A DNA stretch of 64,000 bases. It comes from Caecitellus pseudoparvulus (Eukaryota; Protista; Bigyra: Bicosoecida). Of the stretch, positions 1-11,299 are shown piece by piece. The notes below the pieces were generated by a model. The model had not been told where the DNA came from, did not search any database, and was given only the letters and a program-made list of their open reading frames with translations. The stretch spans positions 62,001 to 126,000 of the forward strand of contig CBFFRQ010000066.1 in assembly GCA_965644315.1 (NCBI GenBank). Direction: 5' to 3'. The translations under genes were made by a program, and so were the position numbers. Numbering within the stretch: the first letter of the stretch is position 1; every line of letters starts with the position of its first letter.

Positions 1-570
1 GTCGTGGTGGGGGACTTTGGCCTGGCCCGCATGCTGGGCAGCAGCGCCCCCCTGCCCTCCCCGGCCCTGGCTGTCCTGGCCCGTGGTGCTCACGCACGCC
101 GAGGTGGGCCCACTGTGACCCTGCAGGCAGCGCCGCCCCGCAGGCGCCGCCGGGGCAGTGGCAGCAGCGCCTACCGTGCCGAGCACGCGCCGAGTGGAGG
201 CGAGTACGTGTACCACTCGGCAGGGGGGGGCATGCTGCCCGCCGCGTGGACGGCACCCGAGTGCCTGACCAGCGGGGACTTCTCCGCCGCCTCCGACGTG
301 TACGCCTTTGGCGTGACGGTGTGGGAGATGGTGACGGGGTGGCGCCCCTGGCACGCCCTGGCCAAGACCCGCGGGCCAGCTGCCGTGGCGGAGCACGTCA
401 TGCGGGGGCACACCCTGCCCCTGCCGCACGACGTCATCCCCGCCCCCATCCGCTCTCTCCTGCGCAGGTGCTGGGGCCCTGCCCACCGCCGGCCCACGGC
501 GGCCACCTGCAGGCAGTGGCTGCAGCGGCAAGCTGCCCTGGAGGCCGCTGCGGAGGCAAGCATGCATTGA
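1..570 (+). CDS. Protein kinase (TKL/tyrosine-kinase-like), C-terminal part; 5' end outside the window
   Basis: VGDFGLAR (DFG), AWTAPE, SDVYAFGVTVWEM and CW...RRP kinase subdomains VII-XI; stop TGA 568-570. Confidence 0.85.
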   Translation, partial: VVVGDFGLARMLGSSAPLPSPALAVLARGAHARRGGPTVTLQAAPPRRRRRGSGSSAYRAEHAPSGGEYVYHSAGGGMLPAAWTAPECLTSGDFSAASDVYAFGVTVWEMVTGWRPWHALAKTRGPAAVAEHVMRGHTLPLPHDVIPAPIRSLLRRCWGPAHRRPTAATCRQWLQRQAALEAAAEASMH

Positions 571-582
571 CGGCTGGCCAGC

Positions 583-3013
583 TCAGTAGCCGGGGCGGCC
601 GTACCCCCCCGACGTCGTGGTGTACATGGCAGGGATCTTGACGCCTGCCGGCACTGCGACGCCTGGCACGGAGCCCTTGGCCACCTCCCGGGTGGCGGCC
701 TGCACCAGGGCAGCCTCGCGGGCGGCCTGCTCCTCAGCTGCTGCAGCGCGGGCGGCTGCGCGGCGCGCGCGGAATTCATCCTCAGCTGCCTGCGCCTCCG
801 CCTCCAGCTGGGCCAGGCGGGCCTGCTCCTCCTTGCGCTCCTCGGAGGGCGGCTTGGAGGGTTTGTGCAGGGCGAAGAACACCTCCGTCGCCTCCACGTC
901 CGTCGAGGGCAGCGTCTCGCGGGTGAACGGGTCTGCGTCCAGGATCTCGAACACGTGCCCCATGATGGTGGCCGTCTGCCCCGGGACGAACGTGGACGGG
1001 TCGTACGGCGCCCCGGCGGGCGTCTTGTGGGGGCCCCGGCGCAGGAACTTACCCCCCACGAAGCCGCCGTCCCGCGCAGGCGGCTCGAAGATGGCCAGGG
1101 AGTCGTCAGACGGGTAAAAGGAGATGCTGAAGCGGCGGGGCTCATCCTGCGGCACGCTGGACACCAGGCGGGCGCGCCAGCGGTACACCTGGCCGTCGTG
1201 CACCATCCACTTGTTGTAGTTCTTGCGGGGGCCGCGCATGGGCCGCACGTACCGCACAGACAGCTTGGAGTCCTCGTCAGTGCCGAAACCAGTGGCGGGG
1301 GGCACCACGTGCTCAGCCGGCACGTGCTTGGCGGCGCTGGTCCACTGGGCTGGCGGCTGGGGCTGCCCCAGCACTGTCTCGTAGTAGTGCCGCGTGAAGG
1401 GGTCCACGGCGCGGATCTGCAGCGTGCGTCCGTACACGTCCACAGTGCCGCCCACGCGCAGGTCCTTGGGCCGGATGAACAGCTCCGGGTGGTGCCGCAC
1501 CGCGTCCGAGCCGACGTCCAGGGAGCGGCGCCAGTCCTTGGGCAGGGGGCACTTCTTGAGCAGGGCAGGGAAGGGGTCCTTGCCGTTGTTCACCTTGTGC
1601 ATCTCCCGCACCTCCACCTCGTCGTCGGCCAGGAAGTAGTTCAGGCAGAAGTGGGAGATGTCCCCGCCCTCCTTCTCCCGCTCGTCCCAAATGCAGTCGA
1701 AGCGCAGGACATCCCCGTCGTGCTGCTGGAACTGCGCCCGCCGCCGGGGGTCCCGCACGAACTTGCCCCGCATGGCCTCCATGTGCTCCTTCACGCCGTA
1801 CATGCGCTTGTTGTGCCCGTGGGTGCTCTTGGGCCCCGCGCGCTGCGTGAGGGCGAACAGGCCCTCCTCGTGGGGGTCGCTGGGCACGGGCTCCGAGGGG
1901 CCCTGGTCAATGCCGGCCTGGGCGAACCAGTGGCGGGTGAAGCCGTCCACGTCGTAGATGCGGAAGGTGCGCCCGTAAAACGTCACCTCGTTGCCCACCA
2001 GCAGGTCCTGCCAGTCGAAGTACACCCACTCGTCCGACGGCGCGGCGGCGAAGGCAGTGCCCAGCATGCCCGTGCGCACGGTGGTGCTGGTGGGAGCCTT
2101 GTGGGCCATGCGGCCGCCACGGCCCACGACGCCGAATGTCCCCGCCTCCTCCAGAGTGCGGGCGCCCACGGTGGAGGCCATGGATGCGGCGTGTGTCTCG
2201 CGCAACTCCTCTGGCAGGTCCACCGCTGGGTCGAAGCGGCGCTTGGGGATGCGCTGCCGCTTCAGCAGCGTGCCCTGCGGCATGCCCGCGTTGTCCTGCT
2301 TTGGCTCAATGACTGCGATGGTCTGGTCTTCCAGATGGCAGTGAATGTGCACCTGCCGACGAGGAAGGCGGAGCACCGTGCAATGCAGGCGGAGCGTGGC
2401 GCAGGAAACGCGCGCGCACTCGCAGCAGTCGAGGGCGCCCCCCACGCTGCCGTTGCACTCACCTTGCGCACACGGAAAGTCTCCTCCCGGCTCTCTGGCA
2501 CTGCTTCCTGGTAGAACGCGAAAGCACGCAGCACCTGCGGCGTCGGCGGCAAGTCGTGCAGTTGCCATGCATGTCGCATGCGACGTGCCGCTGTGCGGCT
2601 GCCTGGCCGAGCCGTACCTGCTTCTCCGTCTGCACATCCACGGGGATTTCAGTCAGGTTGGACTGGTAGCTGCTGCTGCCGGCGCGTGCAGCGGCTGCCT
2701 GTGCCTTGCGCAGCGCGATGGCTTCCTTTTCAGCAGTGGAAATGCCGCGGATTGCCTCTGCCCGGTGCACCAGGCCACCCAGGTGGTCCACCTCTGCAGG
2801 CTTCCAGTGCTTCTCATACACCGTCCCGTTGGCGCCGGAGAAGTTGTGCAGCAGGGGGCGTGCCACCTGCTTGTTCTTGCGGAAGTGGGGCAGGTTGGGC
2901 AGGTCGTCGCCCAGCGCCGAGAAGGCAGTGGAGCCGCCGCCCACTCGCGTGGTGGTGGTGGCGGTCAGCCCCAGGGCCGATGCCCCGCTCGCTCGCAGCG
3001 TCTCTGAGGCCAT
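583..3013 (-). CDS. EFHC1: EFHC1/Rib72-family axonemal protein with three DM10 domains (spliced; introns ~2617-2535 and ~2462-2353)
   Basis: Three DM10-like repeats (VLRAFAFYQEAV..., VLRFDCIWD...YFLADDEVEV, VYRWRARL...FYPSDDSLAIFEP...GGKFL) joined by GT-AG introns. Confidence 0.85.
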
Positions 3014-3130
3014 AGTGTGCGGCTTGGGGTGAAGGACGAGAACCCAGCCACTTCGGAGGGGGTGCCTGCTGAGTGCTGCTCACGGAGACATGTCGGGTTT
3101 GAATTGCCGCGCCCAATGCCCCCCTCAGCG

Positions 3131-4462
3131 CTACCCCCTGCCCGCCGCCCTGAACAGCAGCAAGGAGTACCGCAAGGCTGTGAAGGAGGGGGAGTACGAG
3201 GCCACCTTCTCCCCGTCGGGTGTGGTGGGCGCAAAGTGCCGCAGGAAGGCCTGCACTTGCGGTGAAGCGGCCCGCAGCACCTCCTGCGTGAACGCCACGT
3301 CCCGCACGCCGTAGTGCACCAACACCCGCACTGCATCGCGCACCTTGAACTTCACAGCGCACTGCAGGGCAGAGTACAAGTTACTGTGTGTGCACAGCAG
3401 CCGTGGCGCTGCAGTGCGCGCTGCTGCTCCACGCATGGCTCGTGTGTCAGGCAAGCAGTCCCGAGCACCATGCTGCCGCAGCAGCCCCACCATGGCCACG
3501 CCCTTCCCCCGCACCGCCAGCATGAGGGGCGTGCCTGCTCTGGCGTCGAAGGAGTTCACGCAAGCCCCCACCTCCAACAGCAGCCGCACCATGTCCACGT
3601 CACCCTTGCGCACCGCACACGCCAGCGCGGTGCTGCCGTACACGACGAGGGGCGACCCGTCCAGGTCGCGCTTGCGGTGCGCCTGCCCGACCCCAAACAT
3701 GCTGCCCCACTCCAGACAGCTCGGGAGGGACATGGCCGTCGCCTCCTCCTCACTGCCCTCGCTCTCCTCACCACCACTGCTCTCACCACCACTGTCCACA
3801 CTGCCCTCACTGTCCTCACTGTCCTCACTGTCAGTGTCCGCCGGGCGCGGAAGCCTCCTGCGCTGCACGCCCAACATGTCCCTGACAAAATGGCGCCCCG
3901 GGGCAGCAGGGCCACCAGCTGCAGCAGCGGCAGCAGCGGCCTGTCCAGGCCCGCCCACCGTGATGTCCACCGTGCCGGGCGGGTCCCCCACTGCTGAGGC
4001 GCCGTTCACGTCTGCACCCCGCTCGAGAAGTCTGCGAACCAAAGAAGCATTCCCCCGCATGGCCGCCCAGTGCAATGCCCGCCGGGACAGCAAGTCGTAG
4101 CTTTCAATGTCGGCCCCTGCGTCCAGCAACACCCGGCACAAGTGCAGCGCAATGTCATGCTGTGGACACTGCGCAGCCAGTGTAAGGGGCAGAGAACCAG
4201 AGCTGTCAGGGGGCCCTGCAGCACATCCACCTGAGCTCAGCAGGGTCCTGATCACTGCCATGCAAGACTCGGCTTCGAGCAGACCTGCAGAGGAGGTTGC
4301 CGCTCTCACTGCCGCTTGCATCGGGCAATGCGTGCCATTTGGCAGAGCGCCTCGAGCAAGCGTCACTTCCACCCCATGGGCATCCTTGGACTCGATTGCT
4401 TGGATCAGCTGAGCGTTCAGCTTGGGAACAGCTTCAGTGAGCGCGCCAGAGTGGACAGCCAT
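3131..4462 (-). CDS. Ankyrin-repeat protein with an acidic low-complexity insert
   Basis: ALHWAAMRGNASLVRRLLERGADVN, ALACAVRKGDVDMVRLLLEVGACVN, TPLMLAVRGKG; start codon uncertain. Confidence 0.8.
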   Translation of the reverse strand: MAVHSGALTEAVPKLNAQLIQAIESKDAHGVEVTLARGALPNGTHCPMQAAVRAATSSAGLLEAESCMAVIRTLLSSGGCAAGPPDSSGSLPLTLAAQCPQHDIALHLCRVLLDAGADIESYDLLSRRALHWAAMRGNASLVRRLLERGADVNGASAVGDPPGTVDITVGGPGQAAAAAAAAGGPAAPGRHFVRDMLGVQRRRLPRPADTDSEDSEDSEGSVDSGGESSGGEESEGSEEEATAMSLPSCLEWGSMFGVGQAHRKRDLDGSPLVVYGSTALACAVRKGDVDMVRLLLEVGACVNSFDARAGTPLMLAVRGKGVAMVGLLRQHGARDCLPDTRAMRGAAARTAAPRLLCTHSNLYSALQCAVKFKVRDAVRVLVHYGVRDVAFTQEVLRAASPQVQAFLRHFAPTTPDGEKVASYSPSFTALRYSLLLFRAAGRG

Positions 4463-4679
4463 GGCAGGCACGCCTGGCGTTGGTGGTGTCGAAGCAACGT
4501 CCACGGTACTCAACCCGCCCTGCCACCGCAAGACAAACAAGACTCAGAGCACAAAGACTGCCTTCTAAACCTTGCGCTGAAAAATTGCGCACGCTGCTTT
4601 TTGGGCCATGACAGTCGCACGCCTACTGCCTGAGGCCCCCTGCCAGTGTGGAGCGCCCCTCAACAGTGCTCCATCTCCT

Positions 4680-7309
4680 TCGGCACAATGCCTCGCTCAC
4701 AAACAACCGACATACCCCATTGCCACCCGCACAAAGCACGCCACGGCACGGTACCAACGCCTGCCTCAATGCTCCAGCAGGCGCCATGCTCGCCCACCAA
4801 CACAAGAGTGGCGCGTGGGCCTCCTGCTGGTGGAGCAGCGCTCTGCCTGCCGTTTTTGAGCGCTGTGTGTCCCCGCAACGCCAGCTCTGCGCCAGGCCGC
4901 CTCACCGCACACACACGCCGCCTCGCAGCGTTCCCACAGTGTACTGAAGCACACCAGGCTGGGGCTGCGTCTGCCACCGTGCACGACCCGGCCGGGAGCC
5001 CGGCGGCGAACCTGGGGCCGTTGGGCAGGGTGACCCGCCAGGAGGAGCGCGTGCGCACCATGGACTTCTGCTCAAGCCCCGCCTCCAGTGGTGTCCATGG
5101 TGCGGCTCTATGCACCGCCATGTCTGTGCTTGGGTACTCCAGGGTGAGCACGCTGGGCGACGCCTGGCGCTGGCTGTGGCGCCTGTCACACTGCCACCCA
5201 CCCTCCTGCGTTTCCAGGCTGCACCACCCCTGGCCATGCTCACTGTGGGGCTCCAGGCAAGCGTGCTGGCGAGCTTGTGCCAGGGCCGTCCAGTGCGAGG
5301 GCCGCCAAGATGCTGGTTCGACCCACACAGTCTCCTCACCGTCGCCTGGGGCTTGGACGTGAAGGGCCTGGTCACCGTGCTGGCACGTGCCGGCAGCAAG
5401 GCCGCAGACCAAGAGCGGGCTGCGGTGAAGGTAGAGCGGGGCGGCTGCTCGGCGGCAGGGGCTGGTCAGCAGCGACCGCAGGGCAAGATCGCGCAGCAGC
5501 TGGCGGACATGCGGCGAGAGGTGGAACGGCGAGCTGGCAGGAGGCGTGGGGATGACATTGACCCGGGCGCGCGTTCCGAGCTCGTGGCCGCCATCGAAGC
5601 TGTGAAGGACACTGTCTGCCATACGATCGCCCGCAATGCTGCGGAGAAGAGCGACTACCACGAGGCCATCGTGCTGACAGTGGAGTATGCGGTGGTGAAC
5701 ATTTGCGTGCGTAGTGGCGTTGCACTGGAACCGTGCCCCTTCGCCTCGCACACACGTGCTTGAAGCGCCGGCACAGAAACGACCCTCAGTGGAGATGATG
5801 AAGCTAGTGCTCAGACCAGACATCCTGAAACAGACGCATGACCTGATGCACCAGCCTGCAGTTGACCCAAGGATGGTACAGAGATGTGGTGGCTTGCTTG
5901 CGGGCTGCATGAACCATGGCCCCTCCAAGCTGCTGGCGAACCAGAAAGAAGGCTGGCTGTGGCCCCAAGGTCACTACAACGCAATTGGGTGGGTGTTCTG
6001 CCAGTGGATGGAGCCTGAGACCTGGAAGGCGCTGGCCTTCATCCGGCGAAAGTACATGGAACAGACCGTGCGAGAGGACTTTGCAGACTTCGTGAGAAAG
6101 GCCGGTCCACAGAAGGACAAGATCCAAGCGGCGGTGGACAAGCTGAAAGCGGGAGGAGCATGCGACGCAGCAGCTGTGCGAGCAGCACAGTGTGCACTCA
6201 TGCACGTTGGGGTGAGTGGCGCAGTGGCCGTGCGAGCGATGCCTTGCCACGAGCCGCGTCAGTGTGTGTACGTGCGTGGGCATGTGTGCTTGCGCAGGAG
6301 CGGGTCTGCTGGGAGATGATGCTGGCGCTGCTGCAGCCCCGCATGCTGCAGGAGTCGTACGAGGTGCTGGAGAAGTGGGCAGATGACGGGACGACCTCGG
6401 GCGTGCTGTGGGACTTCCTGCGGCACGCCGGTGTGTTCAGGCCGGATCGGCTGCTGGGCCTCGCTCGGTGCGGTTTGCTGTCACCACCCCAGAGCCTGAC
6501 CGACGCGGGACGCTGGCAAGCATTCGTCAGTCAGTGGCTGGAGCCAGCAGCGGGGCGCGCACTGGCTGCCATCCGCTTGCCAGAGCTGAAGAAGACTGTT
6601 CAGACGCGCTTCCAGCCTGCCCTTGATGGACTGCCGGAGTCTGAGCTGCGCCAGGTGAAGGCTGCCCTGAGCAGTCTGGAGCGCGGGCTGCAGCGCAGGC
6701 CTGGCCTCGAGAACGCAATCTTGGCGGCGAAGTATGCTCTCATGCTTCGGTGCAAGGATGACAAGAAGCGCAAACGCCGCTGCGACTGCCCGTGCTGGGA
6801 AAGGAAGGAAAGGCATGCTGTGAAGGGCTTCCACTGCCGCCCTCCCCAGTTCAAGCTCAAGACTGCGCTGCGGCTGCTCAGACCAGACGTCCTGAACCAG
6901 TCCTACACGCTGCTGGGGAACTCTGAGTGTGGCGAAGGAGCAGCGATTAGGGTGCTTGCCGGGTTCCTGTCGGACTGCATGGCGTTGGAGCTGCCGGCGC
7001 TGTGCCAGGAGCTGGAGGCCGGCTGGACGGTGCGCCCACCTGGCCTCCATGAGCTGGGTCGAGAGGTGCATGTCGGACTCAAGGCAGGGCAGCCCGAGGG
7101 CGCGTGGGCAAAGCTGTGCTCGTTGCTGTCGCCGCCATCGAAGGGCGGTGCGGGTCATGCACGAGGACCGCTGAGCCCGTTGCAGGATGCTGGGATTGCG
7201 CTGAACCGTGGACAGCCGCGCGGAGATGCGGACGACTGCTCCCTCATGTTGTGAAGGGGACACTTGCCAGACAGACCTGAGGTCGGAGCAAGCGCAGGTG
7301 GACGTGGCC
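4680..7309 (+). repeat. Tandem duplication, copy 1 (~2.6 kb)
   Basis: Near-identical to 7636-10230, e.g. CCATGCTCGCCCACCAACACAAGAGTGGCGCG near both starts and GCAAGCGCAGGTGGACGTGGCC at both ends. Confidence 0.95.
4769..7254 (+). CDS. Unknown helical-repeat protein, paralog A (phase-0 introns 5144-5217, 5707-5776, 6212-6297; start 4769 or 5060)
   Basis: GTGAGC/GTGCGT/GTGAGT...CAG introns join ORFs 5110, 5714 and 6160 in frame; internal repeat LLRPxxLxQSY. Confidence 0.65.
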
Positions 7310-7635
7310 TTGCCGCCAGCCGAGGAACGCACGCGCCGCTGGCTCTTTACCGGAGCACGCAAGTCTGAGCTGTGCTGTGCCCCCCACTCCTGCTGTGAGC
7401 GGCCCAGCGCGCTGAGACTGCAGATGCTGGTGCTGCAAGTTTGGACTGTGCTGCGCACGCCTGCAGACTGGCGGCTGGCGTGCAGGCCACGGAGAGCATC
7501 ACTAGCGCCACGCCTGCATAGTGGGCAGGAGCCGGGTGCAGTCAGGAAGCCACCCATCTGTCGGTTTGAAAGCACGATGGAATGCATGTCGCATGGAATG
7601 ACCATCGGCAGTGACTGCCCTCGCACCTTCGCCCA

Positions 7636-10230
7636 CGGCAAAGATGCCTCACGCAACAAACACCCAACCTGCTCCACTTCCACCTGCACGAAGCACGCTG
7701 CCGCTCAGGACAAACGCCTGCCCCAATGCTCCAGCGGGCACCATGCTCGCCCACCAACACAAGAGTGGCGCGTGGGCCTCCTGCTACTGGTGGAGCAGCG
7801 CTCTGCCTGCGGTTTTTGAGCGCTGTGTGTACCCGCAACGCCAGCTCTGCGCCAGGCCGCCTCACCGCACACACACGCCGCCTCGCAGCGTCTTCACAGT
7901 GTACTGAAGCACAACAGGCTGGGCCTGCGTCTACCACCGTGCACGACCCAGCCGGGAGCCCGGCGGCGAACCTGGGGTCGTTGGGCAGGGTGACCCGCCA
8001 GGAGGAGCGCGTGCGCACCATGGACTTCTGCTCAAGCCCCGCCTCCAGTGGTGTCCATGGCGCGGCTCTGTGCACCGCCATGTCTGTGCTTGGGTACTCC
8101 AGGGTGAGCACACTGGGCGACGCCTGACGCTGGCTGTGGCGCCTGTCACACTGCCACCCACCCTCCTGCGTTTCCAGGCTGCACCACCCCTGGCCATGCT
8201 CACTGCGGGGCTCGAGGCAAGCGTGCTGGCGAGCTTGTGCCAGGGCCGCCCAGTGCGAGGGCCGCCAAGATGCTGGTTCGACCCACACAGTCTCCTCACC
8301 GTCGCCTGGGGCTTGGATGTGAAGGGCCTGGTCACCGTGCTGGCACGTGCCGGCGGCAGCAAGGCCGCAGATCAAGAGCGGGCTGCGGCTGAAGCACAGG
8401 GGGGCGGCTGCTCGGCGGCAGGGGCTGGTCAGCAGCGACCGCAGGGCAAGATCGCGCAGCAGCTGGCGGGCATACGGCGATGGGTAGACCGGGAGCTGCA
8501 GGAGGCGTGGGATGACGTTGTCCCGGACGTGCGCTCTGAGCTCGTGGCCGCCATCGAAGCTGTGAAGAAGAGTACCTGCTGCGATGATGTCATCGTGCTG
8601 ACAGCGGAGTATGCGGTGGTGAACATTTGCGTGCGTAGCGTCGCCCTGGAACCGTGCCCCTTCGCCTCGCACACACGTGCTTGAAGCGCCGGCACAGAAA
8701 CGACCCTCAGTGGAGATGATGAAGCTAGTGCTCAGACCAGACATCCTGAAACAGACGCATGACCTGATGCACCAGCCTGCAGTTGATCCCAAGATGGTAC
8801 GGGAGCTTGGTTGTTTGCTTGGGGGCTGCATGAACCATGGCCCCTCCAAGCTGCTGGCCAACCAGAAAGAAGGCTGGCTGTGGCCCCAAGGTCACTACAA
8901 CGCAATTGGGTGGGTGTTCTGCCAGCACATGCAGCCCGAGACCTGGAAGGCGCTGGCCTTCATCCGGCGAAAGTACATGGAGCAGACCGTGCGACAGGGC
9001 TTTGTAGACTTCGTGAGAAAGGCCGGTCCACAGAAGGACAAGATCCAAGCGGCGGTGGACAGGCTGAAAGCGGGAGGAGCATGCGATGCAGCAGCTGTGC
9101 GAGCAGCACAGTGTGCACTCATGCACGTAGGGGTGAGTGGCGCGGTGGCCGTGCGAGCGATGCCTTGCCACGAGCCGCGTCAGTGTGTGTACGTGCGTGG
9201 GCGTGTGTGCTTGCGCAGGAGCGGGTCTGCTGGGAGATGATGCTGGCGCTGCTGGAGCCCCGCATGCTGCAGGAGTCGTACGAGGTGCTGGAGAAGTGGG
9301 CAGATGACGGGACGACCTCGGGCGTGCTGTGGGACTTCCTGCGGCACGCCGCGGGGTTCAAGCCGGATCGACTGCTGTACCTCGCTCGGTGTGGTTTGCT
9401 GTCACCACCCCAGAGCCTGACCGACGCGGGACGCTGGCAAGCATTCGTCAGTCAGTGGCTGGAGGTAGCAGCGGGGCGCGCACTGGCTACCATCCGCTTG
9501 CCAGAGCTAAAGAAGACTGTTCAGACGCGCTTCGAGCCTGCCCTTGATGGACTGCCAGAGTCTGAGCTGCGCCAGGTGAAGGCTGCCCTGGGCAGTCTGG
9601 AGCGCGGGCTGAAGCGCAGGCCTGGCCTCGAGAACGCTGTCTTGGCGGCGAAGTATGCTCTCATGCTTCGGTGCAAGGATGACAAGAAGCGCAAACGCCG
9701 CTGCGACTGCCCGTGCTGGGTAAGGAAGGAAAGGCATGCTGTGAAGGGCTTCCACTGCCGCCCTCCCCTGTTCAAGGTGAGAACTGCGCTGCGGCTGCTC
9801 AGACCAGACGTCCTGGAGCAGTCCTACACGCTGCTGGGGAACTCTGAGTGTGGCGAAGGAGCAGCGATTAGGGTGCTTGCCGGGTTCCTGTCGGACTGCA
9901 TGGCGTTGGAGCTGCCGGCGCTGTGCCAGGAGCTGGAGGCCGGCTGGACGGTGCGCCCACCTGGCCTCCATGAGCTGGGTCGAGAGGTGCATGTCGGACT
10001 CAAGGCAGGGCAGCCCGAGGGCGCGTGGGCAAAGCTGTGCTCGTTGCTGGTGCCGTCATCGAAGGGCGGTGCGGGCCACGCACGAGGACCGCTGAGCCCG
10101 TTGCAGGATGCTGGGATTGCGCTGAACCGTGGACAGCCGCACGGAGATGCGGACGACTGCTCCCTCAGGTTGTAAAGGGGACACTTGCCAGGCAGACCTG
10201 AGGTCGGAGCAAGCGCAGGTGGACGTGGCC
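7636..10230 (+). repeat. Tandem duplication, copy 2
   Basis: Aligns to 4680-7309 with scattered substitutions and small indels. Confidence 0.95.
7726..10175 (+). CDS. Unknown helical-repeat protein, paralog B
   Basis: Same exon structure as paralog A, frame preserved, stop TAA 10173-10175. Confidence 0.65.
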
Positions 10231-11299
10231 GGCACTTGCCTTGCCGAGCGCATCGAACCTGAAACTCATGCTCATGAGACATGCGCTGTCTCACGGGCTC
10301 ATCAATGCCCTCCTCAAGGGCAAGACAAAAGGGATCGCCCATGGCATCTGTTCGGCTTCCCTCGTGCCAGTGTAGACGCCCGGCCCTTCTGTGGTTGGAG
10401 GAATGTGCCAGTCAGTCCTGCACCTTGGCTTTCTGAGACGAGCAACTCGAGATCCAGTGCTGATTCGACCGGCAGATTTGTCCCTGGGCCCCTTTCCCTC
10501 CCTGACGCGGATCGCCGCCTCGGCTTCTGTTGGTTCGGGTGCCTTCGTGGTCTTTCCAAGGCTAGGGCCTGTCTTTCTTCAGGTGCCTCCGCGGCCTGCT
10601 TTGGCTCCTCGTGTCTTCGGAGCTGACCTCGATACTCCTCCGTGGATCCGACATAGCCTCTTCACCTTGGCGAACTGCGCCATCCTGCATCATCTTGGTC
10701 ATCTTCGCCTGCCCTTCTGCCGCGTGAGCTGCGGCAGTGGGCTGGAGCAGGGTTGCTTTCGGGGGACTGAAGCTTGAATTGAATCAATTCCTGGAGCCAG
10801 AGCAGCCGTCATGCAACTCGTGCACGAGCGGCAGAGTCAAGGGTCCAACAGCTTCGCCCACAGCACTGGAGCTGGTGGCAAGTCTGCAAGTGGTTTCAAG
10901 AAGCGCAGTGCTTCGTTCGAGGCCGTCAGCCTTGAGTCTGCCTCCTCCTCACTGCCTTTCGTGGAATCCTCATGTTGGCACAGCAGCAGGGCCAGCGGGC
11001 AGGGGGTAGTGGTCAGCATAGCAGGCGTTGTATCCCTGCTGTGAGCGCCCCATCGAACTGAGATTGCAGCAACTGCTGGCTGGCTGTCGAGCCCCCGTCA
11101 CTGTGCAAGCTTCACCTGAATCCTCAGATTGCCCGAGCACAATTCTGAATCCATCCACACCGCCATGCCTTGCTACATGTCTCGTGGTGTTGCTAGGCCC
11201 AGCATCAGCGCTCAAGACTCGCCTGTGAGCCCACAAACGTCCGGCTGTGCTGCGGGAGTTCGCTGTCCACCACGCCAAAACCAGTTCACTCGCCAAGGC

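Noticed and set aside
3745-3836. Short CTCACTGTC/CCACCACTG repeats
   Set aside because: They encode the acidic DSEDSEDSEG linker of the ankyrin protein; not an array or CRISPR
4680-10230. Duplication interpreted as LTRs or a transposon
   Set aside because: No transposase, RT or integrase motifs, terminal repeats or target-site duplication seen; the copies are intron-containing genes about 330 bp apart
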